Source: Hypanus sabinus | Taxonomy: Eukaryota | Direction: 5' to 3' | Length of the DNA: 64,000 nt | Assembly (NCBI RefSeq): GCF_030144855.1 | Contig: NC_082731.1 | Location: 28,024,001 to 28,088,000, forward strand | Shown here: one piece after another, positions 36,391 to 50,500 of the stretch | Position numbering within the stretch: the first letter of the stretch is position 1 | How the letters are laid out: each line of letters begins with the position of its first letter | The notes under the pieces: generated by a model | Databases searched by the model: none | What the model saw: the letters and a program-made list of their open reading frames with translations, nothing else | What the model was told of the DNA's origin: nothing | Position numbers and translations under genes: made by a program

Positions 36391-39300
36391 ACAACAGATT
36401 TCCTGGTGGTGGCTGATGGAGTAGCAGCAATTTCCTGTTGCTCCAACTCTAATCATCTTAATATTTCCAACCTGTCTTGAAACTTTTTAAATGTGATACT
36501 TTTTCATTATGGCTGCATCAAGGGGTGGCAGACATACTAAAAAGGCTGATCCCCCTGATTCTTTGGATTCTATTATGGACTTGCTGCAAAGTCATACACG
36601 AGAAGCATCTGAGAAGTTTCAACAATTCAGCTCTGAGTTTAAACAAATAGATGGTAAATTGGATTCTATTCAGCAAACACTTAATGAACACAATAAATAT
36701 ATAAAAATAATGAAGCAATGTTGTCATCTCTGGAAATGGAAGTGGATGAACTGCAAAAGCTTTGTGAAAAGAAATTGAAGTCCAATGAAAAGTTGAGACA
36801 AAAGATTATCAACACAGAAAATAGAAGTAGAAGGAACAACCTATGGGTTCTGGGTCTCAAAGAATTAATTGAAGGTAATCTTCCTATGGAATTCTTTGCA
36901 AACTTTCTGCAAGAATTATTTCTGGAAATTCCGGTATCTTTGCCCATGATTGATCTAGTTCATAGGTCCCCCATGTGTAGATCTCCTAACAGAGATAGAC
37001 CAAGATCTGTAATAATTTGTTTTCATGAATTTAAAACAAAGGATCTGTTAATACGTGAATCTCGACAAAGAGGCATGATTGATTATCATGGCAGCAAGAT
37101 TAAAATTGTTGAAGATTACCCGCCTGAGGTTATGCAGGAGTGTGCTAAATTCAAATAAGTTATGTCCAAGTTTTTTAATAAGGGTTTTAAACCCTCCCTT
37201 CACTATCCCAGCTCGTCTCAGAATCACACTTAAAAATGGTTCTTTCGAATGGTTTTGTTTGATTGCTGAAGCACAAAGGTTTTTAATATCCGAAGGCTGG
37301 CTGCTTAGTTTGTCCTCACATGAAAACACAAGATTAAATGAGAAGCCTTTAACTTGCAAATCCCATCAAAGGGGCATGATTTGTTATAGGGTGGAATATT
37401 AAGATTCTCGAAGACTATTGGCTTGAGGTTATGCAGGAGTGTGCTAAGTTTAAACAAGCTTTGTTGGAATTTTTCATCAAGGGTTAACCCGTCCCTTGAC
37501 TACCTAGTTTGACTGAGAATCTCATTAAAGATGGGCCCTTCAAATGGTTTCATTTGAATGCTGTAGCATAAAGATTTTGTTCTAAATTTAAGAGCTAACT
37601 GCTCAGTCTGTTTTTTCATGAAGATATAAGATTAAATGTTTAATGGCTTTCTGTATGAATAATGTTACTTTACTTTATTGTCACCAAAGAATTGATACTA
37701 AAGCGTACAATCAGCACAACGATATTTAATTCTATGCTTCATGCTCCCTGAAGTACCAATCAAAGTAAGTATAATAAAATAATTTAAATTGTAAATCATA
37801 ATTAGAAAATAGAAAAGGGAAAGTAAGGTAGTGCAAGTCAGGTCTGGATATTTGGAAGGTATGGCCCAGATCCGGGTCAGAATCCATTGAGCAGGCAGTT
37901 GGAAAGAAGCTGTTCCCAAATCTGGCTGTACGAATCTTCAAGTTCCTGAACTCTGTCCTAGAGGGAAGAGGGACAAAAAGTGTGTTAGCTGGGTGGGTTG
38001 TATCCTTGATTATCCTGGCAGCACTGCTCCGACAGCGTGTGGTGTAAATTGTGTCCAAGGATGGAAGATTGGTTTGCTATCTTTTCCTTTTGGTAAGCCT
38101 TTGTAACTAATTTCCTTTGTATTTTTTAATACTGTATTTTTGATATATGAGAATTGAATTTCTTGTTTGGATATTGGTTAGTCCAGGTTGGAATATAAAG
38201 AAGCTGAAACTAACTGGAGCGATCACCAGGATTTTTTGGGGGGTTGTCTGTAGTTGTAGGTGTTGGTCAGTTTTCTTTCTTTGGGAGGTGAGCGAGGGGA
38301 TAGTTCTCTTTTCTCAGAAGTTTTTGTCAAATTTTTTTAGCTAACTTATTGCTTGGCTACTATTTCTCAAGGTTTATGGATTGGTTTTAATTTACATTTT
38401 AACGCTTCCTTTAAAATATTCTAAAAATGGACCAAACTATTAATCTACTCAGTTTTAATATGAAAGGGTTAAATCACCCTGTCAAATGTAATAAGATTTT
38501 TGCTTATATTAGGAAATTTAAGGTCATTATTATTTTGTTTACAAGAAACTCACATACGCAAATGTGATAAGCTATGTTTTTTTAGCCGTTGGAATGGACT
38601 TGTTTTTCATTCACCTTCTCAGGCCAAATCTAGTGGAGTTTTGATTCTGATACATAATACACTTTCCTTTGTCCAACACAAAGTAGTGTCTGATACTACT
38701 GGACGTTTTCTTATAGTTTCAGGGAAACTGGATAATAATTTAATAGTATTTGCCAATGTGTATGTCCCCAATGTAGATGATCTAGTATTCTTTGAGTTTT
38801 TTTTAATCATTTCCACCAGATCTGGGTCTTAATTCTTTAATGATATGAGGAGATTTTAACGATGGCTAGACTCAATTTTGGACCGATCATCTTTTAAACC
38901 AGCGTCTTTTAATAAATCAGCTTTGTTTATTCAATATTTTATTGAAATGTGATATTGTTGATGATTGGCATTTCCTACATCCTTTAGATAGAGGGTCCTC
39001 ATTTTTTCCCCACGTTCATCATACATATTCCAGGATTGATAATCAAATGATTTCATCAGTTCATTCCTGAGGCTATAAAGAGATTGTTGTTTCAGATCAT
39101 GCTCCTCTATTTCTGTCTTTTAATCTCACCAGTCTTCCGCAAACAAACAGAATTTGGTGCTTTAATGCAACTTTGTTACCTGATAAGAAATTTTAAAAAT
39201 TTTTAGAGAGGCATATTATTTTATTTTTTTTTTGAAGGGAATAAAGAGGAAGAGACTTCTAATCTTATTGTTTGGGATACTTTCAGGGCCTATATTAGAG

Positions 39301-42300
39301 GACAAATTATTTCTTAAACTGTGAGTGTTAAGAATAAAGCTGATAAAGAAAGAATTGAATTAGCCTATCAATTGAAACAATTAGATCAAAAACATGCTAT
39401 AGCTCCAGATACTTTTTTATATAAAAGTCGTGTTGAAGTTAAAACTAAATATGATCTTCCGTTAACATATCCAGCTGAAACTCAGCTTCTTAAAAATAAA
39501 ACTCCATTTTTCATACACAGAGATAAATCAGGCAAAATCTTGGCCAAAAAATTAAAAACTACTGTGGTTCAATGACAAATTAAAGAAATTTGCAAAACTA
39601 ATTTTGATAGGACAACTGATCACTCTGAAATAAATGATACTTTTACAGATTTCTGTTCTAAACTTTATAGTTCTGATTCCCCTAAAGATAATACTGTAAT
39701 AAATAATTTTCTAGATCAATTAAACATTCCTGCACTTTCTGCAGATAATTGTAAACAGATGGATCAACCCATTTCTCATGAGAAAATTGCCAAGGCACTT
39801 GGGGAAGGCTCCAGATCCAGATGGATTTTCTGGAGAATTTTATAAGGCTTTTTCTTCATTAATTATACTTAAGTTACACTTAGTCTTTTTGGATTCTTTC
39901 AAATCAGGTAGCTTGCCTCAATCTTTCTATGAAGCCTCTATTTCACTTACTCTAAAGAAGAACAAGGACCCAACTGAATGCTCTTCATATAGGCCAATTT
40001 CATTACTCAATGTTGATACTAAAATCCTTTCCAAAGTTCTGACTCGTAGGATTGAAAATATTCTACCTTCTATTATTTCTAATGATCAGACTGGATTTAT
40101 TAAAAACCAACATTCCCATTTTAATATACGCCATGTATTAAATGTTGTTTACTCTCTCTCCCAGGGGATATCAGAATGTGTGATATCCTTAGATGCTGAG
40201 AAGGCCTTTGATCACGTTGAATGGAATTATTTATTTGAAACCTTAGAAAAATTTAATTTTGGGCCAGCTTTTATTTAATGGATTAAATTACTTTATCTAT
40301 CTCCTTCTGACCGGGTTGTTATTAATTTTTAAATTCCAAACCATTTAAACTTCATCGCAGAACTAGACAAGGCTGTCTGTTGAGACCTTTGCTCTTTGAT
40401 CTAGCTTTAGAACCCCTTGCCATTCCTTTTTGAGAATCTAGTGATATCTGTGGTATTTTACGGAGTGGTATTACTCACAAAATTTGACTTTTCTCTGATG
40501 ATATGTTACTGTTTATCTCTAATGTTGAGACCTCGTTACCTTGTGTACTTCCTTTACTCTCCCGTTTTAGCCAGTTTTCAGACAATAAATTGAAACTACA
40601 TAAGTGTGAGTTACTTCCTTTAAATAAATTGATATCGGTTAAAACAAATCTCCCTTTTAAAGTTGTAAAGAATCTATTTACTTATCTGGGTGTAACAGTT
40701 ACTAAGAATTACAAACACCTGTTTAAAGAAAACTTTCTTACTTTATTGAATTATGTAAAAATTAGTCACTTCTTTCAATATCATTGATTGGACAAATCAA
40801 TTCTATAAAACTGAACAGTCTATCTAAATTTGTCTTTTTCAGACTTTACCCGTTTTTATTCCTGAAAACTTTTTTTTACCGTTGATTCTGTTTTATCCTC
40901 TTATATATGGAAAAATAAACGTCCTTGTTGAAATAAAGTTAATCTTCAAAAATCTAAAAAGTCTTGAGGTTTAGCCTTACCTAATTTTAGGTTTTATTGC
41001 TGGGCATTAATATACAATATCTTACATTTCGGCTATATTATATTAATCGTGTAGATTGGTCAGTGTGGGTTTCTTTAGAAGCTAACTCTGTTAATAAATT
41101 TTCTATTAATTCTCTTCTTGGATACTCACTTCCATTATCTGTAAATAAACTAACTGATAATTTAATAGTTAAACATACTCTGAGGATCTGGATACAATTT
41201 AGAAAAAAACTTTTGCTTATTGAGATTTTCCCTTTTAAATCCCATTTATTCTAATTTTTTTAAACCCTCTGTGACTGAATAAGTTTTTAAGGAATGGGAC
41301 AGGTTGGGTATTAAATGTTTTTGGGATATGTTTTTTGGAAGAAACCTTTTTTTTCATTTGAACAATTGTCAGCTAAATATAGCTTACCCAAAATTCACTT
41401 AGTTAGATATTTACAAAACATAGACTTTTAAAGATCACAACTACATACATTCCCTATAATCTAGGATAAGAACTTACTAGACATAAGTTTTAGTTTGACA
41501 TCTTTTCATCATGGTTCAATATCTAATTTTATGGAATGTTGCTGGAGATGAGGAATGTTCCTTCAGACAACATTTAGAATCTCTGGGAACAAGGTTTACA
41601 GATAGCAATATCTGAGGAAACTTGGAATGAAATTCTTAAACTGGTTAATGCTTCATCGCTATGTGCTTGTCATTCCCTCATACAATTTAAGGTGGTACAT
41701 AGAGCTCATATGACTAAGGATAAGCTATCTCGTTTTTATTCATATAAATCTCCCTACTGTGACAGATGTAATAATGGAGAAGTTTAATTAATTCATATGT
41801 TTTGGATTTGTCCAAATCTTGAAAAATATTGGAAGGAAGTTTTTCAAACTTTTCCCTTACTCTTTAAAGTCAATTTTAAGCCCAATCCTCTGACGGCCCT
41901 TTTTGGTATTGTTGCAGGACAAGATATTAAGCTGAAGACATCTGATTTACATATTTTGGCCCTTAGCTCTCTTATAGCTAGGAGGACGCTTCTGTTTATA
42001 TGGAAAGATGGTTTTCCTCCTACTCATGCTCAATCTTTATGTGACGTTATGTCATGTTTAGATTTAGAGAAGATCCGTTGTTCAATTTTTGAATCTCGTG
42101 TAGACTTTGAAACATTGTGAGGACCTTTTATGAATTATTTTCAAAAACTTCAATTCATTGTTTAAACTCTTGGCTATTATTAATTTTTTGTTATATGAGA
42201 AGATATTTTACCTTCTTTTCTCCCTAATGAACAGCTTCGGTCTTGGTAGGGGTAAGATACTTTTTTTTTTGGAATAAATCAGTATAGCTTAATATAACTA

Positions 42301-42450
42301 TCGATTAACTTATATGAATACGAGGTAATGTGTGTCTTATTATGAACAGATATAATGTAATTGGTGGTTTTTAAAATCTTTTTTGACCTTCTGCTTACAC
42401 TTTCTTGTACTCTGTATTCTTCTATTTAGAAACTAATAAATATAATTGAA
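36390..42450 (+). mobile_element. Second L1-clade LINE, near full length, different family, heavily degenerate
   Basis: ORF1 from 36509 (ENRSRRNNLWVLGL, RPRSVIICF, KIKIVEDYPPEV); ORF2 from 38428 (CLQETH, YRPISLLNVDTKILSK, SLDAEKAFDHVEW, HMFWICP); AATAAA at 42435. No TSD recognised. Confidence 0.88.
37660..38070 (-). mobile_element. Rex1/Babar-type 3' end inserted between L1 ORF1 and ORF2
   Basis: IYTTRCRSSAARIIKDTTHPANTLFVPLPS...TARFGNSFFP. Confidence 0.75.
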
Positions 42451-44897
42451 AGAATGGGCTTCCAACAGAAGTGTTGGTTTGGCATAATCTGAACTGTGAC
42501 TGGTTTGAGTTTGCAGGATGTCATGGTGGAATGGAATGGGAGGATGTAAGAGACTATGAGGAGTGGAAGGAAGTGCAGACAGGCAGCATAAGTGGAAATA
42601 AATGAGAAAATGATCACAATGATCGAATTGAAGGAAGGTGATAGACTGGGAGATTAAAGTAATGTTTAATTTTAAGCCATGGAGTATAGTAAATGCCTTG
42701 AGTCCAAAGCACTGACAAGCAATCTAAACAACATCATAGGAGATTCACGTATGGCAAAGGTTCTGTGTGATGGAGCACTGTTGGTGGTTTGCTGAAGATT
42801 TGCAGCGAAGGGACAAAGCAATGAATGTACCAAATATTGGCAGAAGAGGTAAAAATGGTGTTGAAGAGGTGATAACGGGAATATCATTTAGAGAAAACTT
42901 AGAGGAACTAAAGAAAAATATTAAAGGAAGATTGAATTGATTTTATTATTTACATGCTTCACATACATGAGGAATAAATATCTTTAAGTTACGTCTCTGT
43001 CTAAATGTGCAATGTGCAATTTATAGTCATTTATAATAAATAATATGTACAACAATATAGTGCAGAAGTACAGTTGTGTCAGCATGAATTAATCAGTTTA
43101 TGGTCTGGGGCAAGAAGCCATTCTGGATCCTGGCTTTTATGCTGCAGGACTGCTTCCCGGACGGTAGTAGCTGGAACAGTTTGTGGCTGGGGTGGGTCGG
43201 GTCCCCAGTGATCCTTCTGGCCTTTTTTACACACCTGTTTGTAAAAGTCCTGAATAGTGGGAAGTTCACATGTACAGAGGCGCTGGGCTGTCCACACCAC
43301 TCTCTGCAGAGTCCTACGATTGAGAGAAGTACAGTTCCCATACCAGGCAGTGATGCAGCCAGTCAGGATGCTCTCCCTTGCTCCCCTGTAGAACATTTTT
43401 AGTATATAGGGCCCATACCAAACTAATTCAACTGTCTGAGGTGAAAGAGGCACTGTTGTATTTGTCAAGTACCCTGTGACCGGGTTACCGAACCAGTAGA
43501 AATGGAATACGCATTGGAGTGTTTAGTTCAGAGTTCTTTTACACCTGTGCGAGAACACTACAAGCATAATGTGTTGTATGTGGAAGCAGTGAGGACAGAA
43601 CAAATGAGAGAAAAGTTAGAGGGAAATGATTCACATGCAAATGAAAGACAAAGTCAGTCAAATAATTCAACATTAGTAATAAATACAGCTGATTATTTTC
43701 ATTAATGGGAAATGTTATTAATTGTTCTGAGAAGCAAAACCTAAATTGGAAAAGATAAAAATGATAGTGAAGGCAGCAGTGAGGTTTTTGAATATGAGAG
43801 CTATTATGGAAGCAAGTGCAGGGAGAATTGAGTTGGAATGATCCATGTCTTGAGGTTTATTTACAAGGTAACTAATACCCATCCTGTCAATTCTTCAGTG
43901 GAATTCTGGAAAGTTAATAGCTCATGGACAGGAATTTAAGAGTTATGTGAGGAATTTTGCTGAGCAACTCTGTGATAGGTGTGCAAGAAACATGGTTTAA
44001 CCCAGCACTCATGATCGTCAATATGTATTGTGTTGTATGGTGTGGCTGATCATGGTATCATGACCATGATTGTCCTCGCCAAATTTTCCTACAGAAGTGG
44101 TTTGCTATTGCCTTCTTCTGGGCAGTCTTTTTTACAAGGCAGGTGACCCCAGCCATTATTAATACTCAGAGATTGTCTGTCTGGCATGAGTGGACGCATA
44201 ACCAAGACTTGTGACCTGCACCAGCTGCTCATCTGACCATCCACCACCTGCTCCCATGGCTTCATGTGACCCTGATCATTAGCTACCCAGGTGCTACACT
44301 TTACCCAGGGCTGACCTGCAGGCTAGCAGAGGTAAGGAGCGCCTTACACCTACTTTGGTAGAGACATATCTCCACTCCATAACTCATCTCTCGATTTTGT
44401 AATTAATGGTTCAGATAGTGTAAGAAAAGATGGAGTTAATGGGGATTGGGGGTACAACTTTTGATAATATAGAGATCTAAAGAAAGGAGAAGAACCAGAA
44501 TACATGGTTACTGAAGTACGGGCAAATGAAGGTACAATTGAAATCAATTATGTCTATATTCCTTGTAAAAAAAAATAATTAGAAATAGGGTTACTGGAGC
44601 AAATTAGTACCCAGGGAAATACAGTATGGTGTGGGGATTTTAATGCACACAGCACATTGTGGGGAGAGCATGATGACAGTGATGGAGCAGTGAGAGAAGA
44701 ACGTATGGAAAAGGAAAATCTGGAATGTCGAAATGATGGAAGAGGGACAAGAGTAAATTTGAATGCAGATTCTGAATCAGCAATTGATATAACATTAGTT
44801 CCATCACCTTTAGCAAGAAGGTGTTGATGGGAGGTTTTGAAAGAAACAACAATAGGCAGTGATCATCACCCTGTATTACGTCGAATAGGAATAGAAA
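42450..44897 (+). mobile_element. Nimb/I-clade LINE, left part (ORF1 remnants and APE)
   Basis: AKVLCDGALLVVC (ORF1); WCGDFNAHSTLWG, NDGRGTRV, SAIDITLV, TIGSDHHPV (APE). Ends ...GIE at 44897 and resumes in frame at 52431. Contains a Rex1-type insertion (42950-43460, minus) and a SINE-like piece (~44030-44350). Confidence 0.75.
42950..43460 (-). mobile_element. Rex1/Babar-type 3' fragment
   Basis: FYRGARESILTGCITAWYGNC...LQRVVWTAQ; same family as 17990-18500. Confidence 0.8.
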
Positions 44898-44899
44898 CA

Positions 44900-45200
44900 G
44901 TTTGATGGGTTAACATTACATCATCAAGATAGGACTGCTGAGACTTTCCAAGGCAGAGGAAGTGAAATATGCTTTATGATCAAATCCTTGTAGTGCACAA
45001 ATGTTGTGATGCTGTTTCACTCCCGCTCACCAGACCTGGAATATCTTGTGATCAAGGGTCATCCATTTTCTCTGCCACGAGAGATATCACTGATTATCTT
45101 GGTGATGGTGTACATTCCACTTCAGGCCAGTGTAAAGCAGACTCTGTATGATCTGAGCGATGTAAGAACAGGCATGAAACAGCACATCCCGATGTCTTCC
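44900..45200 (+). mobile_element. Rex1/Babar-type APE fragment, left part (right part 52085-52430)
   Basis: SPDLEYLVIKGHPFSLPREISLIILVMVYIP...ETAHPD. Continues after the HERO element as ITCSTRG...AYRAIPRPHVGKSDH, then a 3' end ...tctgattctga. Confidence 0.7.
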
Positions 45201-45204
45201 CCGC

Positions 45205-47536
45205 AGGAGGCCCGAGAGGGGTTTGGAAGAGCTTCCCAGCTGGACGGATACAAGGCTACCAACCCAGTGCAATGGACAAACGACAACAAGTATACAGTGC
45301 ATCTGTGGCAAAATGTGTAAGAATCAGAGAGGCTTGAAAATCCACTGGTCAAGGATGAAGTGTAATGAGCAACAGAGAGCACCACAATGCACAGATTCCC
45401 AATCTGGGGAGACAGAGGAGGGGCAGGGTCAGGAAGCACCCCACAGTACCCAGAGCCTCCGCATGGTGCAAGCTGTTCATCCTAACATCACATCTCAGAC
45501 CGTGTGGATCAGATGGCCCAAAGCCTGCCAGACAGCAGAGTGGCAAAGATTTGATGAGGACGTAGATCTAGTGTTGGAAACCGTGGCCAAAGGTGGTGTG
45601 GAGAGGAGATTGCAGATAATGACAACAGTGATCATAACTGCGGCAGCAGAAAGATTTGGTACCGAGGAAGAGAAGCGGACTAAACAGTCAAATGTTAAAA
45701 ACAACAGAGCCACCAAAATCAACAACATCTGGAAAGAACTCAGGGCGCTAAAGCAACAACATAAACTGGCAAACCATGAGGAAAGGGCACCACTGGAAGA
45801 ACTGTGTGTGATGCTGAGGAAAAAGCTCTTAACTCTGAGAAGAGCGGAGCAACATCAGAGACGCAGGACAGAAAGAGCACAGAAAAGATCTGCGTTTATC
45901 AGTAACCCATTTCAGTTCACCAAACAGCTGCTGTGTCAGAAGAGAAGAGGAAAGCTGTCCTGCACAAAGGAACAGATAGACCACCATCTTCGAAGCACCT
46001 TCAGTAACCCAGACAGAGAGTTGAACTGGGGGACTGTGATGCCCTCATCGCCCCCACAGAACCAACAGAGGCTTTCAACCTTCAAGAGCCTCTCTTCAAG
46101 GAGGTTCAGCAAGTAGTCAAGAAAGCCAGAGCTGGCTCAGTTCCTGGTCCGAGTGGCACCACTACAACATCTACAAATGCTGCCCCAGGCCTCTCTGGCG
46201 GCTGCTGAGAATCCTCAAGGTCATCTGGAAGAGAGGCAAAGTGCCCAAGCAATGGAAGTATGAAAACGGAGTGTGGATTCCAAAAGAAGAGAACTCTGAG
46301 AACATCAGCCAGTTTAGGATAATATCCTTGCCGAGTGTTGAAGGGAAGATCTTCTTCAGCGTGGTGGCAAAGCGCCTGACGGAGCGCTTCCTGAGGAACA
46401 ATTACATCTCCGTTCAGAAGGGTGGCGTTCCAAGGGTACCAGGCTGCTTGGAGCACACTGGAGTCATCACACAGCTCCTGAGAGAGGCCAGAGAGAATAA
46501 GGGTGACTTAGTGGTTTTGTGGTTGGATTTGGCCAGTGCCTATGGATCAATCCCCCACAAGGCTGTTGAAGACACGCTGAAGGAATATTCCTGAAGGAAT
46601 CAGAGGCCTCCTTATGGACTACAACAAGTTCCACCTAAGAGTCAACATGGCCAATAACATCAGACTGGTGTGGGCCGGAGACTGGTATCTTCACAGGCTG
46701 CACCATCTCACTCATCCTTTTTGCCCTGGCAATGAAAATGTGGGTAAAATGTGCAGAGCCAGAGTGTCAAGGCCTGAAATCAAGATGTGGGATCCGCGAA
46801 CCACCAACATGAGCCTTCATGGGTGATCTGACTATCATTACGGAGTCGGTGACTGGTGCTAGGTGAATTCTTAAGGGGCTGGAAAGTTTCATGAGGTGGG
46901 CAAGGATGTTCTTTAAGCTTGCAAAGTCAGGTTCTGTAATGCTGAAGAAGGGGAGAGTACAGGAGAAATCTTGTTTCTCTATTGAGGACATTCCAATTCC
47001 TACCATCACAGAGAACCCTGTAAAAAGTCTTGGGAAGATGTTTGATGCAACACTCAGAGATAAGGCGGCAATAAGAAACACCTGTGGGGAGTTTGAACAA
47101 TGGTTGCAAGAGGTTGACAGGACTGGCCTTCCAGGGCGGTTTGAGGCATGGATTTACCAGCACGGTATACTACCAAGAATCAATCCTCTGGCCACTGCTT
47201 CTCTGAGTTTCCAATTTCCACTGCTGCTGAATTAGAGAGGGTAGTCAGCCGGTTCCTGCGAAGATGGCTGGGTTACCAAGGAACATCAGCAGTATCATTG
47301 CTCTGTATGGGAATAACTGCAAACTGAGGCTCCCCCTGAAATCCATCGAGGAGGAGTTCAAGGTTTTGCAAGCAAGAGGGGTGCTGCAGTTCTGGGAATC
47401 TTCAGGGGAAAGAGTGACATGAACTGGTGCAGAATGAAGTAAGGGCAGCTGTGGAGGAGGAGAGGACCAGCAGAGCAGTGGCAATGATACAGCAAGGAGC
47501 CTGGACCAAATGGGAGCAGGTGATCGAGCGAAAGAT
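45205..47536 (+). mobile_element. HERO-type (R2 superfamily, RLE) non-LTR retrotransposon, left part: zinc finger and RT
   Basis: CICGKMCKNQRGLKIH zinc finger; WIPKEENS..ISQFRIISL, SVQKGGVP..PGCLEH, WLDLASAYGSIPH; catalytic motif decayed to FMGDL. Ends WTKWEQVIERK at the CR1 junction. Confidence 0.82.
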
Positions 47537-50500
47537 AGACAGTAGACAATAGGTGCAGAAGTAGACCATTCGGCCCCTTGAGTCTGCACCGCCATTCTGA
47601 GATCATGGCTGATCATTCACTATCAATACCCAGTCCCTGCCTTGTCCCCATATCCCTTGATTCCCCTATCCATCAGATATCTAACTAGCTCCTTCTTGAA
47701 AGCATCCAGAGAATTGGCCTCCACCATCTTCCGAGGCAGTGCTTTCCACACCTCCACAACTCTCTGGGAGAAGAAGTTCTTCCTCAACTCTGTTTTAAAT
47801 AACTGACCTCTTATTCTCAATCCATGCCCTCTGGGACTGGACTCTCCCAACATCTGGAACATATTTCCTGCCTCAATCCTAACAAATCCTTTAATTATCT
47901 TAAACGTTTCAATCAGATCCCCTCTCAATCTCCTCAATTCCAGTGTGTACAAGCCCAATCTCTCCAATCTCTCTGCGTAAGACAGCCCTGCCATCCCAGG
48001 AATCAACCTAGTTAATCTACGCTGCACTTCCTCAATTGCCAGAATGTCCTTCCTCAAACCTGGAGACCAAAACTGTACACAATATTCCACGTGTGGTCTC
48101 ACCAGGGCCCTGTACAAATGCAAAAGGACATCCTTGCTCTTGTACTCAATTCCCCTTGTAATAAAGGCCAACATTCCATTTGCCCTCTTCACTGCCTGTT
48201 GCACTTGCTCATTCACCTTCATTGACTGATGAACTAGGACTCCTAGGTCTCTTTACATTTCTCCCTTACCTAACTCTACACCGTTCAGACACTACTCTGC
48301 CCTCTTGTTCCTGCTTCCAAAGTGGATAACTTCACATTTATTCACATTGAATGACATCTGCCAATTATCTGCCCACTCACCCAGCCTATCCAAGTCTCCC
48401 TGTATTCTCCTAACGTCCTCTTCGCATGTCACACTGCCACCCAGTTTAGTATCATCAGCAAACTTGCTGATATAGTTTTCAATGCCCTCGTCTAAATCGT
48501 TGACATAAATCGTAAAGAGCTGTGGTCCCAATACAGAGCCCTGTGGTACCCCACTAGTCACCTCCAGCCAGTCCGAGAAACACCCATTCACTGCTACCCT
48601 TTGCTTTCTATCTGCCAACCAGTTTTCTATCCATGTTGAAACCCTGCCCCCAATGCCATGAGCTCTGATTTTACTCACCAATCTCCTATGTGGCACCTTA
48701 TCGAATGCCTTCTGAAAATCTAGGTACACAACATCCACTGGCTTACCCTCGTCTAACATCCCTGTTACACCCTCAAAAAACTCCAACAGATTAGTCAAAC
48801 ATGATTTGCCCTTGGTAAATCCATGCTGGCTCGGCCTAATTCTATTACTGCCATCAAGATGTGCCACTATTTCGTCCTTAATAATGGACTCGAGCATCTT
48901 CCCCACGACTGACGTTAGGCTAACAGGGCGATAGTTCTGTTTTCTCCTTCCCTCCCTTCTTGAAAAGTGGGATAACATTAGCCACTCTCCAATCCTCAGG
49001 AACTGATCCTGAATCTAAGGAACATTGGAAAATGATTACCAATGCATCCACAATTTCCTGAGCCACCTCTTTTAGAACCCTCGGATGCAGACCATCTGGA
49101 CCCGGGGATTTATTAGCCTTCAGTCCTACCAGTCTACTCATCACAGTTTCTTTCCTAATGTCAATCTGTCTCAATTCCTCTGATATCTTATGACCCTGGC
49201 CCATCCATACATCTGGGAGATTGCTTGTGTCCTCCCTGGTGAAGACAGATCTAAAGTACGCATTAAATTCTGTTGCCATTTCCCTGTTTCCCATAACAAT
49301 TTCTCCCAATTCATTCTTCAAGGGGCCAACATTGTTCTTAACTATCTTCTTTCTCTTCACATAGCTAAAAAAGCATTTGCTATCCCCTTTTATATTCCTG
49401 GCTAGACTTTTTTCTCTCCGTATTGCTTTTTTAGTCAAGATCTGCTGTTCCTTAAAACTTTCCCAATCATCTGTATTCCCACTCATCTTAGCCCTGTCAT
49501 ACTTCTTTTTCTTTAATGCTATGCAATCTCTGACTTCCTTTGTCAACCACTGTGGCCCCTTCCCCCTCTTTGAATCCTTCCTTCTCATTGGAATGAACTG
49601 CTTTTCCATCTTTTGTATTATCCCCAAGAATATCTGCCACTGCTGATCCACTGTCTTTCCTGCCAGGGCATCCGCCCATTTAACTTTGGCCAGCTCTTCC
49701 CTCATGGCTCCGTAGTCTCCTTTATTTAATTGCAACACTGACACCTCTGATCTGCCCTTATCCCTCTCAAATTGTAGATAAAAACTTATCATGTTATGAT
49801 CACTACTTCCTAATGGCTCCTTTACTTCAAGATCACTTATCAATTCCTGTTCATTACACATCACCAAGTCCAAAATAGCCTCGTTCCTTGTTGGCTCAAG
49901 CACAAGCTGTTCCAAAAATACATCCCTTAGACACTCCACAAACTCCCTATCCTGGGGTCCAGCACCTACCTGATTCTCCCAATTCACCTGCATGTGGAAA
50001 TCTCCCATAACGACTGCATTACCTTTAGCACATGCCAATGTTAACTCCCTAATCAACTTGTACCCAATATCCACGCTACTGTTTGGGGGCCTGTACACAA
50101 CACCTATTAGGGTCTTTTTACCCTTACTGTTCCTCAGCTCAATCCACACAGACTCTACTTCCCCTGTTCCCAAGTCACCTCTTGCTAAGGACTGAATCTC
50201 ATTCCTTACCAACAGGGCCACCCCACCCCCTCTTCCCATATTTCTGTCTTTACAATAGCACGTATACCCTGGTACACTCAATTCCCAGGCCTGATCCCCT
50301 TGCAGCCATGTCTCCGTTATCCCAACAATATCGTAGTTCCCCATTTTCATCTGAGCTTCAAGCTCATCTGTCTTATTTCTGACACTATGCGCATTCAAGT
50401 ATAGAATTCTTAGCCCATTCCTCCTCTCTTTGCTTAAAACACTGTCTATTGTACCTAACCCAGCTCCTTGAACTTCCATCGGGCTAATTGCACCTTGTAT

